This document shows positions 9,468 through 18,454 of a DNA stretch of 64,000 nt, one piece after another; position 1 is the stretch's first letter, and each line of letters begins with the position of its first letter. Under the pieces are notes generated by a model. The model was not told where the DNA came from. It was given only the letters and a program-made list of their open reading frames with translations, and ran no database searches. The translations under genes were made by a program, and so were the position numbers. The stretch is taken from the IMG/VR virus record IMGVR_UViG_3300032242_000723, positions 62,001 through 126,000 of that record. One strand, written 5' to 3'.

Positions 9468-10136
9468 ATGAAGAAGAAGTCGCTTTCATACCCTACTGAA
9501 AAAGTTTTCGCTGCTGCATGTGCGGCTCTTCGCATCAATGAAGGTGAGTATCTCAAGGAAGATGTTCTGTCATATGATAACGAGGATGTCATCACTGTCA
9601 AAAAGATGGCTAACAAGAACCTCGTCCGTCAGTTGCTGAAGGGCAACATCATTTTCGGTACGATCACTGAAGCCGATCATGAGCAGGGTGTTATGGTCCG
9701 TCGTTACTATCAGGGTTTTTCTTTCAAGATCCTGGCAGGCAAGCGTTTGAGTGACTTTGATCATGGTGCAATGACTGCTGCTACCTCAGAGATGGTTACG
9801 AATTTCCTAGAAGTTGGCATCATCGCTTATCTCCCAGTTGGCTATAATCGTTATAAGGATCGTGTAAGCGTAGAGCAACGGTTGGCTACTGCCCAGGGAT
9901 ATATCGCAAAGATCGGTGATAAGGTTAAGAGTGAGATTGAAGTCGTGAAGTCTTACTACAATCGTGATTGGAATACTAGTTACATCACTGGCCTGACTGA
10001 TGAAAACAAGGCTGTGTTTTTTAGCTATCGTGAAGATATTGAAATTGGTGTACGCATTACTGTTTCAGGTCGGGTTAAAGATACTCGTAATGACAAGTAC
10101 GAAGTCACCCAGCTAACACGAGTTAGGGTTCTCTGA
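9468..10136 (+). CDS. hypothetical protein with probable C-terminal OB-like beta domain
   Basis: C-terminal pattern IGDKV..EIEVVKS...ITVSGRVK...QLTRVRV. Confidence 0.6.
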   Translation: MKKKSLSYPTEKVFAAACAALRINEGEYLKEDVLSYDNEDVITVKKMANKNLVRQLLKGNIIFGTITEADHEQGVMVRRYYQGFSFKILAGKRLSDFDHGAMTAATSEMVTNFLEVGIIAYLPVGYNRYKDRVSVEQRLATAQGYIAKIGDKVKSEIEVVKSYYNRDWNTSYITGLTDENKAVFFSYREDIEIGVRITVSGRVKDTRNDKYEVTQLTRVRVL

Positions 10137-10259
10137 ACCTTAAGTATGGGTGTTCATCTAAGCCCGAATGGCATTTCGTAAATTGGGTCTCCCTTAAATG
10201 GGTTGTAAATTCCCTAAGTGTGCTGCTTGATGAACACCCAAGATATTCAGGATTTGAGT

Positions 10260-10478
10260 ATGAGTTATGTAGTTGATGTAACCCATCAACCGAAATGGTA
10301 CGTGAATGCGTGGATGGATGCCTTTTACATGTCGGGGGCGAGGCTGACTGGCGACAATAGTTGGAATCTTTTTTATCCTGACTATGTTTTTAATTGGGGC
10401 GCGGGCCCTTATGGCCCGAACACTGTTACTTTTCCAGATGAACAATCGTATATTATGTTTTTATTGAGGTGGTCATGA
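10260..10478 (+). CDS. LRWS-array small protein 1
   Basis: Ends NTVTFPDEQSYIMFLLRWS; start 10260 is a guess (10218/10230 possible). Confidence 0.7.
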   Translation: MSYVVDVTHQPKWYVNAWMDAFYMSGARLTGDNSWNLFYPDYVFNWGAGPYGPNTVTFPDEQSYIMFLLRWS

Positions 10479-10735
10479 AAAAGAAAAAGATCACGCTTGA
10501 CACTGAGACACTAGACCGTGTTTGGAGTAACTGGCTTGTTGATAATAATACAACGTCCGTTAATGCTACTCGGCAAACACGATATCGTTATTATACAGGC
10601 TATAATGATTTACAAACAAAGTTTAAACTGTGGTTGCAAGATCACGGTGCCGCCGTTCGTAAAGATCATCGTGTTCACATCCTTGAGTTCCAAAATCCTG
10701 AACATGCAACCTTTTTTATATTGAAGTACACATGA
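10475..10735 (+). CDS. LRWS-array small protein 2
   Basis: ATGA overlap; ends HILEFQNPEHATFFILKYT. Confidence 0.75.
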   Translation: MKKKKITLDTETLDRVWSNWLVDNNTTSVNATRQTRYRYYTGYNDLQTKFKLWLQDHGAAVRKDHRVHILEFQNPEHATFFILKYT

Positions 10736-10941
10736 GCAGCAAGTTTACAGCGTATGATCTTGACTATGGTATGTCCCATGAATATACCTTAGTCTGTAAT
10801 AACTTGCCATATTTGCTTGACAATGAAAACGAAATCAGAGAGTGGCTGAAATCCTATACCAAAACAGGAAGGATTGAAGGAATCGTTGTTGTCTTTGATA
10901 TTCCGGAAGAGCGGCCCTGGTTTATATTGAGGTGGTCATGA
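10732..10941 (+). CDS. LRWS-array small protein 3
   Basis: ATGA overlap; ends IVVVFDIPEERPWFILRWS. Confidence 0.75.
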   Translation: MSSKFTAYDLDYGMSHEYTLVCNNLPYLLDNENEIREWLKSYTKTGRIEGIVVVFDIPEERPWFILRWS

Positions 10942-11147
10942 GTTACGAGGTTACGGCTGACGAAGAGGTTACAGTTTGGTTTGCGAATGCATGGGAGAAC
11001 GTGTGTGACCCTGTTAACGGGGCCATACGCGACAACATGTGGCACGAAACCTATAATAGTATTCTTGAGTACGACGGTGACGGTAAGTGGAAAATCACTT
11101 TTCCATCTGAGCAAGATTATATTTGGTTTGTGTTGAAATGGTCATGA
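10938..11147 (+). CDS. LRWS-array small protein 4
   Basis: ATGA overlap; ends WKITFPSEQDYIWFVLKWS. Confidence 0.75.
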   Translation: MSYEVTADEEVTVWFANAWENVCDPVNGAIRDNMWHETYNSILEYDGDGKWKITFPSEQDYIWFVLKWS

Positions 11148-11347
11148 AGGAATACGAGATTGCGATTAGGCCTGAACTGATTATTCATGAAAACGGCGGC
11201 TTTGCTTTTATTGATGAGGTTAGTGTTTGGTTGAAAGAAAATAAAGTGTTCGGTTGGTATGCAGTTAAAGTTCCATTAGAACGGGAATATTATATCTGGT
11301 TCACTAACACAACCGATGCTATGTTATTCATGTTGAGATGGTCATGA
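11144..11347 (+). CDS. LRWS-array small protein 5
   Basis: ATGA overlap; ends YYIWFTNTTDAMLFMLRWS. Confidence 0.75.
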   Translation: MKEYEIAIRPELIIHENGGFAFIDEVSVWLKENKVFGWYAVKVPLEREYYIWFTNTTDAMLFMLRWS

Positions 11348-11586
11348 GTGAACCTGTTGACATGATGAGTGCTCGGTATCTTTCTATCATAGATGAAGCT
11401 CGGTCGGCATCTCCAAGATTGCAGGCTGTTACTCGGCCATGGATTAACTATCTCAGAGAATATGGTGAGGATTCTGAACTGGCAATGAAACGACTGTCAG
11501 AGGAATATCATGGCACTTATGTTAGTAGCGGCATCGTTTTTAGAACCGAAGAAGATAAAGTCTGGTTTCTGTTGAGGTGGTCATGA
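11344..11586 (+). CDS. LRWS-array small protein 6
   Basis: ATGA overlap; ends SGIVFRTEEDKVWFLLRWS. Confidence 0.75.
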   Translation: MSEPVDMMSARYLSIIDEARSASPRLQAVTRPWINYLREYGEDSELAMKRLSEEYHGTYVSSGIVFRTEEDKVWFLLRWS

Positions 11587-11804
11587 GTACCGTTCTGTTT
11601 TATGTTCCTATCATGAATATCGATGATGCATTTTGTAGGTCGGCAAATCCGGTTTGGACTAACTTTCACCGAGCAAGTGGTTGGGGAACGGATGCCGCGG
11701 TAAATACTTGGTTAGCAAATGAATATAATGCTACACTTGTAAATGATATGATCGTTTTTAACAACGAGAAAGATAAGATCATGTGGATATTGAGGTGGTC
11801 ATGA
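11583..11804 (+). CDS. LRWS-array small protein 7
   Basis: ATGA overlap; ends DMIVFNNEKDKIMWILRWS. Confidence 0.75.
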   Translation: MSTVLFYVPIMNIDDAFCRSANPVWTNFHRASGWGTDAAVNTWLANEYNATLVNDMIVFNNEKDKIMWILRWS

Positions 11805-12127
11805 CAGGACCTTTGAAAATAGTTAAAGTAGAAGTGAATACACGTACTAGGAAACTTGTTGAAAACTGGACTTGTAAGATATTACCAGAAGTAGAGTCAT
11901 ACATAGAACCATTATTAGGCGAGTGGACTCGCGACGGTATTGTTGTATATTGGGCTAAATTCAAGAGTCCTATTAAGCGGGCTACTATCAAAGAATGGTG
12001 CACAAGCATATACGGGCCAGAACTGTCAACTAGAAACGAAATTGAATGGAGATGGTTTTGTAAGTATGATAAGGTCGTCTTTAGGCTTGAAGCAGATCGG
12101 TTGATATTTGTATTGAGGTGGTCATGA
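11801..12127 (+). CDS. LRWS-array small protein 8
   Basis: ATGA overlap; ends DKVVFRLEADRLIFVLRWS. Confidence 0.75.
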   Translation: MTGPLKIVKVEVNTRTRKLVENWTCKILPEVESYIEPLLGEWTRDGIVVYWAKFKSPIKRATIKEWCTSIYGPELSTRNEIEWRWFCKYDKVVFRLEADRLIFVLRWS

Positions 12128-12145
12128 GTACTATATCGTTTGATG

Positions 12146-12706
12146 TTATCTTGACTTACAAGAATCAAAATGATATCGTTTCATATTTGAGGTTCCTCCG
12201 GACTTTTTACAATGTGGACAGGTTATTTGCTGCTGCGGACCCTTCAGAACTCCTGTTTGTTTGAGTGATCGTTTTAACTTTTGTTCTTCACTCATCGGGC
12301 CTTTAGTAACACCTTTTAATCGTTTGCTCATCTGGTCAATGAATGATTGAGTTTTAGGACGCTTTAAGTGCGGGAAGGAACGACCTTTCAACGCCTTTGA
12401 GCGTTTCATTCTGGTTTCTTCGGTACCTGCTCCTCCCGGACCTCCTCCGGTTTCTGGTATCTTATTAGCCCACTCAGTGCTTTCTACGATATTCCATAAA
12501 CTGCTGAAATACCTTCCCCAATGAGAAAGTTCCTCATTTGTTTGACACTCTTTGATAACTTCTGTTTTAACATCCGGACCGTGCTCACGTATGTGTTTGA
12601 CCCAATCTTTTCCAGAACCTTTATAGATGAACGGGTTCTGAACTGTTTTGCCAAGATATTGTAGACCGGTTTTGTTGTGGGTCTTCTTATACAAATAAAT
12701 AGTCAT
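12146..12706 (-). CDS. GIY-YIG-type (Seg-like) endonuclease with basic NUMOD3-like linker and C-terminal Zn finger
   Basis: IYLY-x-YLGKT, YKGSG, WAN..PETG; CPHCKKSGGTSNMKRYHFDSCK. Confidence 0.8.
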   Translation of the reverse strand: MTIYLYKKTHNKTGLQYLGKTVQNPFIYKGSGKDWVKHIREHGPDVKTEVIKECQTNEELSHWGRYFSSLWNIVESTEWANKIPETGGGPGGAGTEETRMKRSKALKGRSFPHLKRPKTQSFIDQMSKRLKGVTKGPMSEEQKLKRSLKQTGVLKGPQQQITCPHCKKSGGTSNMKRYHFDSCKSR

Positions 12707-12774
12707 TGCTGATGCTCTCCAAAGCGTTAGAGTAGTTGGAGATTCCCGTCTCGCGAACTACATCTTTATTTATC
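12707..12774 (-). promoter_or_regulatory. conserved endonuclease leader copy 1 (TAAATA motif + hairpin + RBS)
   Basis: GATAAATAAAGATGTAGTTCGCGAGACGGGAATCTCCAACTACTCTAACGCTTTGGAGAGCATCAGCAATG on minus strand. Confidence 0.8.
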
Positions 12775-12837
12775 TTTTTGCTTGACTTGCGCTGATAACC
12801 TTGTTATATTGTCATTATAAACTTTAAAGGAATAGCA

Positions 12838-14178
12838 ATGTCATCGTCGTGGATCAAACAACTCAACGAAAGCGACTCTCGCTTACATAAAGAAAACATT
12901 ATCGGACAGGCGCTTACTGCTGCGTTGTTAGGCAATGAGAATGCTAACTTCTGTCTTGAAATGCTACAACTCTGTTACGACACATATATTACATTTGGTG
13001 TGAGGCAGATTCCAGAAACGGTTGGTATCGTTGATGCGGAAAATCCCTGGTCAGAGTTCATTGATCTTACTGTAAGTCTCGGCACTCGTGAACTTACCGG
13101 ACATGATGCTCGTGATGCTATTCAATCATTATCTGAACGATTTGACAGTGATGAGTGGAACATCTTCCTTGCTCCTATCTTGCGTCGGGACATGCGTTGC
13201 GGCATCTCTTCAACTACGATCAACAAGGTCTGCAAGAATACGAAGTATGCTATCGCAGTGTTCGGTTGCCAGCTTGCGACCAACAGTGAGGGTCGCCCGG
13301 AGATGAAGGGCGTTAAGCGTCTTGAACCTAAGTTGGATGGTGTCCGTGTTCTAATGGCTGTTCAAATGACTCAGTTCGGTCCAAAAATCGTGACCAGCTA
13401 TAGTCGTAACGGTAAACAGTTTGAGAACTTCAAGCACATTGAAAAGCAAATTAGTGATAACTTTACCCGATTGATCGGTGCGATGGGAAGCAGTGAATAC
13501 TTTGGGTCAGGCATAGTGTTCGATGGTGAGATCGTAGGCAACAGTTTTCAAGAACTGATGCGGCAGGCTCGGCGCAAGAATGATGTTCAAAATGATGACA
13601 GTGTTTATCATATCTTTGACATGATTCCTATGGATGACTTTAAGCGTGGTCACTGGAATGCACAGTTGTCTAAGCGTCTTTTGCTACTACGCCGCATGAA
13701 TACTGTCATTGACGCGATGCCTAATGTGGAACTTCTTCCTCACCTTGAAGTCAACCTTAACTCACCACATGGCGTCACTCATCTTGAAACTTACGCTAAT
13801 GAGATGGTCGCAGCAGGGTTTGAAGGCATTATGATCAAGGACCTTGACGCTCCATATGAATGCAAGCGTAATACATCCTGGATGAAGTATAAACCCGTAC
13901 ATGACTATGATCTCACTGTAATCGGAGTTGAACCTGGTACTGGAAAGAACAAGGGAAGAATGGGAGCATTAGTCTGCGAAGGTGTTGATGATGGAAAACA
14001 CATCGTGGTTAATGTGGGCAGCGGATTTACGGATGTTGAGCGACAAGAATATTGGGATAACCGAGATGATGTGGTCGGTCGTTCGGCCGTAGTTATGGCA
14101 GATGCGATAACACTTAATCAAAGCGGAACCTATAGTTTGCGGTTTCCCAGGTTTAAATCATTTAGGTACGATAAGTGA
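12838..14178 (+). CDS. lig: ATP-dependent DNA ligase
   Basis: EPKLDGVR (motif I), FDGEI, HIFDM, EGIMIK, WMKYKP, SLRFPRF. Confidence 0.95.
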   Translation: MSSSWIKQLNESDSRLHKENIIGQALTAALLGNENANFCLEMLQLCYDTYITFGVRQIPETVGIVDAENPWSEFIDLTVSLGTRELTGHDARDAIQSLSERFDSDEWNIFLAPILRRDMRCGISSTTINKVCKNTKYAIAVFGCQLATNSEGRPEMKGVKRLEPKLDGVRVLMAVQMTQFGPKIVTSYSRNGKQFENFKHIEKQISDNFTRLIGAMGSSEYFGSGIVFDGEIVGNSFQELMRQARRKNDVQNDDSVYHIFDMIPMDDFKRGHWNAQLSKRLLLLRRMNTVIDAMPNVELLPHLEVNLNSPHGVTHLETYANEMVAAGFEGIMIKDLDAPYECKRNTSWMKYKPVHDYDLTVIGVEPGTGKNKGRMGALVCEGVDDGKHIVVNVGSGFTDVERQEYWDNRDDVVGRSAVVMADAITLNQSGTYSLRFPRFKSFRYDK

Positions 14179-14858
14179 CCTTCATAAACAACCTGTAATA
14201 CTTCATCGGAAAGTTGGTACCAGCCAGACTTTATATTAGTTTGCTTATCTAACTCTTGTCGTATTTTTCTTGGTATAGTTTTTCTTAACTGATTGAGTGT
14301 TTTAACAATGTCTCTGTTGCCTTTTGCGATGTTTTTACTTTTTATCTTGTCTAGTGTTTCTTTCTTTATTTCAACTCCGCAGTTATCAAAGTGATGACGG
14401 TGCATAACAGAAACGCCACCGCGTTTGCCGCAATGCGGGCACTCAACTATTGGTTTTGGTTTACGTTTTTTGGCTTTGATGTATTCGGGTTGTGGTTTAT
14501 CTTTATTACCCGGAGAGACGCCGGTTCTTGCTTTAGATGACGCTAAGGGACAAATAGAACGACCATCACTTTCGTTCAAATAATCCTTTCGGCTAATAAC
14601 CTTCATCTTCCGAAGGATGCGGTGCTCCCAGATTCTGGCTTTATTTACCGCATTATTGCCTGAAAAGATTTTTCTTATTTGTATTATATCGGGGTTGCCA
14701 TGTTCTTTGACATATTCTGCTACATTTACGCTTGAAGTAAAGTATGTTTTCCAAAGATCATTTGGGTGGCAGTCTTTTGCATACCTAACCCCGTAGTATT
14801 TCATTCCTGTAGTAGACCAGGTAATATAATAGGTATAAGGAATATTATAAATAGTCAT
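14130..14858 (-). CDS. GIY-YIG-type endonuclease with Zn finger
   Basis: YTYYI-x-YYGVR, YFTSS, WEHRIL, YLNES; CPHCGKRGGVSVMHRHHFDNC; ATG 14858 follows the conserved leader. Confidence 0.75.
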   Translation of the reverse strand: MTIYNIPYTYYITWSTTGMKYYGVRYAKDCHPNDLWKTYFTSSVNVAEYVKEHGNPDIIQIRKIFSGNNAVNKARIWEHRILRKMKVISRKDYLNESDGRSICPLASSKARTGVSPGNKDKPQPEYIKAKKRKPKPIVECPHCGKRGGVSVMHRHHFDNCGVEIKKETLDKIKSKNIAKGNRDIVKTLNQLRKTIPRKIRQELDKQTNIKSGWYQLSDEVLQVVYEGHLSYLNDLNLGNRKL

Positions 14859-14925
14859 GCTGATGCTCCTGTAAGCGTTAGAGTAGTTGGGAATCCCCAT
14901 TCCGTGAACTACATCTTTATTTATC
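14859..14925 (-). promoter_or_regulatory. conserved endonuclease leader copy 2
   Basis: GATAAATAAAGATGTAGTTCACGGAATGGGGATTCCCAACTACTCTAACGCTTACAGGAGCATCAGCATG. Confidence 0.8.
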
Positions 14926-14988
14926 TTTTTGATTGACATATCTGTTTAAACCTGTTATAAAGAAGAAACATGGGAGACATTAAAAATA

Positions 14989-15279
14989 ATGAACATTAAA
15001 CTTAAAGCAGCATTATACACACTTATACCTACTGTTATCTTGGCAACATGGTTGTTTTCATTGGCAACTTGGTATGTACAAACAGTGTTATTCACTATAG
15101 TTTTTCTTTGGTTGGTAGCACTGCCATTCTGTATTTACAATCTCATACTCATTAATCTAAAGAGTAAGCAGGATAGTGCAGATTTTCAACAAACTTTTAA
15201 AGCAGCAATGGATGCAAATAAGAGAGCAAGTGACAAGGTAAAAGAGATTCTTGAGTCAAGTAAAGAGAGAAAAAGATGA
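14989..15279 (+). CDS. membrane protein (two hydrophobic segments)
   Basis: Hydrophobic N-terminal half; TTGACA promoter and GGGAG RBS upstream. Confidence 0.6.
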   Translation: MNIKLKAALYTLIPTVILATWLFSLATWYVQTVLFTIVFLWLVALPFCIYNLILINLKSKQDSADFQQTFKAAMDANKRASDKVKEILESSKERKR

Positions 15280-15452
15280 ATAACTTAGATACATTTGAAG
15301 AAAATCCACAGCGTTGCGAAGGATGCGGGTTCATTACTGAAACTCGTCCATATGGTCTTCATCACGAAGAAATCTGTGTTGATTGTGCTATGAAAGACAT
15401 GCCAGTAAGTTTGATCCGCATGAAGGAGCATATGCTAGGCTATGACGAATGA
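15276..15452 (+). CDS. 58-aa CxxC...CxxC zinc-finger protein (not in ORF track)
   Basis: RCEGCG...ICVDCA; ATGA overlaps on both ends. Confidence 0.6.
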   Translation: MNNLDTFEENPQRCEGCGFITETRPYGLHHEEICVDCAMKDMPVSLIRMKEHMLGYDE

Positions 15453-15688
15453 ACGACGATGAAGTAGAGTTTGATGACTACCATACCCCTACCTTAGAAG
15501 AGGTAAATCGGTATCTGGGAAAGTCTCATACATTTGAAGATAATGACAAGATTGAAGTCACACAGATTAGGCGCAGAGATAGTGGTTGGTGGGTAACATA
15601 TAACATCTATCAGGGTCCAGGTATTCCTCGTAGACTATTAATGGTATACGAAGAGTTTGTAAGAGAGTTCGGCCATCTATTTGATTAA
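15449..15688 (+). CDS. hypothetical protein
   Basis: 79-aa ORF, ATGA coupled. Confidence 0.6.
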   Translation: MNDDEVEFDDYHTPTLEEVNRYLGKSHTFEDNDKIEVTQIRRRDSGWWVTYNIYQGPGIPRRLLMVYEEFVREFGHLFD

Positions 15689-15714
15689 CAACACAGGAAA
15701 GACTAAATAAATAC

Positions 15715-17154
15715 ATGACTTTACTTAGGAAAATATTTAGTTTTGCAACATTGACACTGCTGGTAGCGATCATGCTTAGCAGTGTTGCTGCATGGTATTC
15801 TATCCAGGGCTTAATGGCGATCTTTGCGGCAGCAGTGTTCCCTATCATTGTCATGGGTGGGTCACTTGAGTTCGCTAAGGTCGTGACTACGGTATGGTTG
15901 CATAAGTACTGGAATCGTGCTGACTGGGTGATGAAGGCATATCTTGTGCCTGCTGTTGTTGCACTTGCACTATTAACAAGTATGGGGATTTTCGGTTTCC
16001 TCAGCAAGGCGCACAGTGATCAATCGTTGATCAGTGGTGATGTTGGTGCCAAGATCGCAGTTTATGATCAAAAGATTGAGACTGCTAACGCTAACATCGT
16101 CGCCAATCGCAAAGCATTAGAGCAAATGGATGCTCAAGTTGATCAGTTGCTTGGTCGTACTGCTGATGACAAGGGTGCAAATCGTGCTGTCCAGGTTCGT
16201 AAGCAACAAAAATCTGAACGGGCAAGGCTAAATCAAGAGATACAAGATGACCAGGCATTGATAGCCAAGACTAACGAAGAAGCGGCTCCTGTTCGTGCTG
16301 AAGTGCGTAAGGTCGAGGCTGAAGTTGGACCAATCAAGTATATCGCTGCGTTGATCTACGGTGATAATCCTAATGGTGATCTATTAGAACGTGCTGTACG
16401 CTGGGTGATCATTCTTATCGTTCTGGTATTTGACCCACTTGCACTAACGCTCATGCTCGCTGCACAAAGCAGTTACAAGTGGCTTGAGGAAGATGAAGAA
16501 GCCGAAAAGTTAGATGGTTTCAAAGAGGCATTGGCTGAGGCCTTTGCACCAACAGAGGAGGTAGCAGATGATGGACCTATACAAGAAGATGATGCTCAAC
16601 TGGATGACGGAGTGGGAGAACCACTACAAGAAGACGATCTTCCCGGCCCAGTTGAAGATGCTATTGAAGTGGAACAGGTTGAAGACGAATCTAGGTGCGA
16701 AGCCGAAGTATCCGGACCCGAGACCACCGAAAGACCAGTAGTTGACATCCGCACTGAAGGCGTAACATTAGAAGAAACTGAAGATGGTGCATATGTACAG
16801 TTTGAAGGTAAATCTACGAGTAAAGTAGCACTGTTAGGCATGCATCCTGAACTGTTTAGGGCAACAGTTGACGGTGGAAAGCAAGCAAACACTAACTTCG
16901 GTACAGTTTTCCCTACGTTTGCTCAAAAGGGCGATGTCTTCGTAAGAGTTGATATGTTACCAAATCGTGTTTATAAGTTTGATTCAACTAAATGGATTGA
17001 AGTTAACAAGAACACTACGGATTCTTACTTATATGACGATGAATATATTGGTTATCTAGTAAGCAAGATTGATAGCGGTGAATATGATGTTGACTTACTA
17101 TCCGAAAACGAAAGAGTGCAAATAGAGAACTACCTACAGACACAACCCAAGTAA
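15715..17154 (+). CDS. multi-pass membrane protein with coiled coil and acidic cytoplasmic region
   Basis: Three N-terminal TM segments, long helical region, fourth TM WVIILIVLVFDPLAL, D/E-rich tract. Confidence 0.75.
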   Translation: MTLLRKIFSFATLTLLVAIMLSSVAAWYSIQGLMAIFAAAVFPIIVMGGSLEFAKVVTTVWLHKYWNRADWVMKAYLVPAVVALALLTSMGIFGFLSKAHSDQSLISGDVGAKIAVYDQKIETANANIVANRKALEQMDAQVDQLLGRTADDKGANRAVQVRKQQKSERARLNQEIQDDQALIAKTNEEAAPVRAEVRKVEAEVGPIKYIAALIYGDNPNGDLLERAVRWVIILIVLVFDPLALTLMLAAQSSYKWLEEDEEAEKLDGFKEALAEAFAPTEEVADDGPIQEDDAQLDDGVGEPLQEDDLPGPVEDAIEVEQVEDESRCEAEVSGPETTERPVVDIRTEGVTLEETEDGAYVQFEGKSTSKVALLGMHPELFRATVDGGKQANTNFGTVFPTFAQKGDVFVRVDMLPNRVYKFDSTKWIEVNKNTTDSYLYDDEYIGYLVSKIDSGEYDVDLLSENERVQIENYLQTQPK

Positions 17155-17180
17155 TCATAGTAAAAGAGTGAAGCGTAAAA

Positions 17181-18350
17181 ATGAACTACTGTTCCTTCTG
17201 CGGAAGCCATAAAGATAAAGTCCGCAAGTTGATTGTGGGTGATGATACTGCGATTTGTAGTGATTGCATTACCTTATGCAACCAACTGATAGAAGAGCGA
17301 GTTCAACAAAGTGTACAAGGTGAGTTTGACGCATATAGTATCAAAGCACATTTGGATGAGCATGTGATTGGTCAAGATTCTGCTAAAGAGGTGATCAGTG
17401 TTGCGATATCAAATCACTATAAACGAATCAACTATCCACCCAAGCATATTGAGATCCAAAAGGGCAATGTGTTATTGATTGGGCCAACTGGTTCTGGTAA
17501 GACATTGCTTGCTCGTGCTGTAGCGAAATATCTAAACGTTCCCTTTGTAGTGGCAGATGCTACTAGCCTGACTGAATCAGGATATGTAGGTGAGGATGTT
17601 GAATCAATGATCTCTACCTTACTATCACTTGCTGACAACGATGTTAGCTTGGCCGAGCGTGGTATCGTGTTCATTGACGAGATTGACAAGATTGCTCGTA
17701 AGAGTGAGAGTGCAAGTCTAACTCGTGATGTAAGCGGCGAAGGTGTGCAACAAGCATTATTGAAACTGGTAGAAGGTACCACTTGCCGCGTAAGTCCTGC
17801 TGGAGTTCGCAAAGGCCCAAACAGTGAGACCGTTGAAGTTAGCACCAAGAACATACTCTTCATAGCAGGTGGAGCCTTTGTTGGCCTTGAAAATATCATA
17901 AAGAGTAGAGTAGGCGGAGCGTCTATAGGATTCAATGCACCGTTGAAGTCTAAGACAAAAACTATTGACTATTCTAATATCGCACCCGGTGATCTTACTA
18001 AGTTTGGAATGATTCCTGAACTGGTTGGTAGATTTACTACGACTATCACATTAGAAGAACTGTCATTAGATCAGTTAGTCTTGGTATTGACTACTGTAAA
18101 AAACAGTTTCATTGAACAATACAAGTACATGTTTGAGATTGATGGTATTCGATTGGTATTTACCGATGAGGCCATTGTAAGAATCGCGCAGAAATGTCTT
18201 GATCTAAAAACAGGTGCTCGTGGATTACATACCGAGATAGAGAAGGTATTAATGCCTCACATGTTCCACATTCACAAGTACTCAAAGAACAAGATAGGCA
18301 AGATCACTATCACTCTTGATCTAGTTGATAATCCAAAATCTTTAGTATAA
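17181..18350 (+). CDS. clpX: ClpX AAA+ unfoldase
   Basis: C4 zinc finger CSFC..ICSDC, Walker A GPTGSGKT, GYVGED pore loop, FIDEIDK, RDVSGEGVQQALLK, IGF loop, TGARGL. Confidence 0.95.
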   Translation: MNYCSFCGSHKDKVRKLIVGDDTAICSDCITLCNQLIEERVQQSVQGEFDAYSIKAHLDEHVIGQDSAKEVISVAISNHYKRINYPPKHIEIQKGNVLLIGPTGSGKTLLARAVAKYLNVPFVVADATSLTESGYVGEDVESMISTLLSLADNDVSLAERGIVFIDEIDKIARKSESASLTRDVSGEGVQQALLKLVEGTTCRVSPAGVRKGPNSETVEVSTKNILFIAGGAFVGLENIIKSRVGGASIGFNAPLKSKTKTIDYSNIAPGDLTKFGMIPELVGRFTTTITLEELSLDQLVLVLTTVKNSFIEQYKYMFEIDGIRLVFTDEAIVRIAQKCLDLKTGARGLHTEIEKVLMPHMFHIHKYSKNKIGKITITLDLVDNPKSLV

Positions 18351-18399
18351 CACCCAAAATACTTTAGTTTTTTACGCAATAGTGTATACTAAATAATGT

Positions 18400-18447
18400 T
18401 GTAGATGCTTAACGGGTCTACAGTAAAAAGTCTTGCTTAAAAGGAGA
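18400..18447 (+). promoter_or_regulatory. Hsp20 5' leader with ROSE-like RNA thermometer
   Basis: TGTAGA/TCTACA hairpin then TCTT(G)CT-TAAA-AGGAGA pairing the SD with a bulged G in UUGCU. Confidence 0.55.
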
Positions 18448-18454
18448 TAAAAAC

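Larger units (their letters stand above)
10464..12127 (+). repeat. eight 15-bp junction repeats, consensus TTGAGGTGGTCATGA
   Basis: Copies start at 10464, 10721, 10927, 11133, 11333, 11572, 11790, 12113; five identical, others TTGAAGTACACATGA, TTGAAATGGTCATGA, TTGAGATGGTCATGA. Confidence 0.9.

Noticed and set aside
10464-12127. CRISPR array from the regular 15-bp repeats
   Set aside because: Repeats are too short, spacers are 185-308 bp and fully coding, and no cas genes are present.
12838-14178. Intron or intein in the ligase associated with the flanking endonucleases
   Set aside because: The ligase ORF is continuous with all motifs in normal spacing and an intact C-terminus; endonucleases are free-standing.
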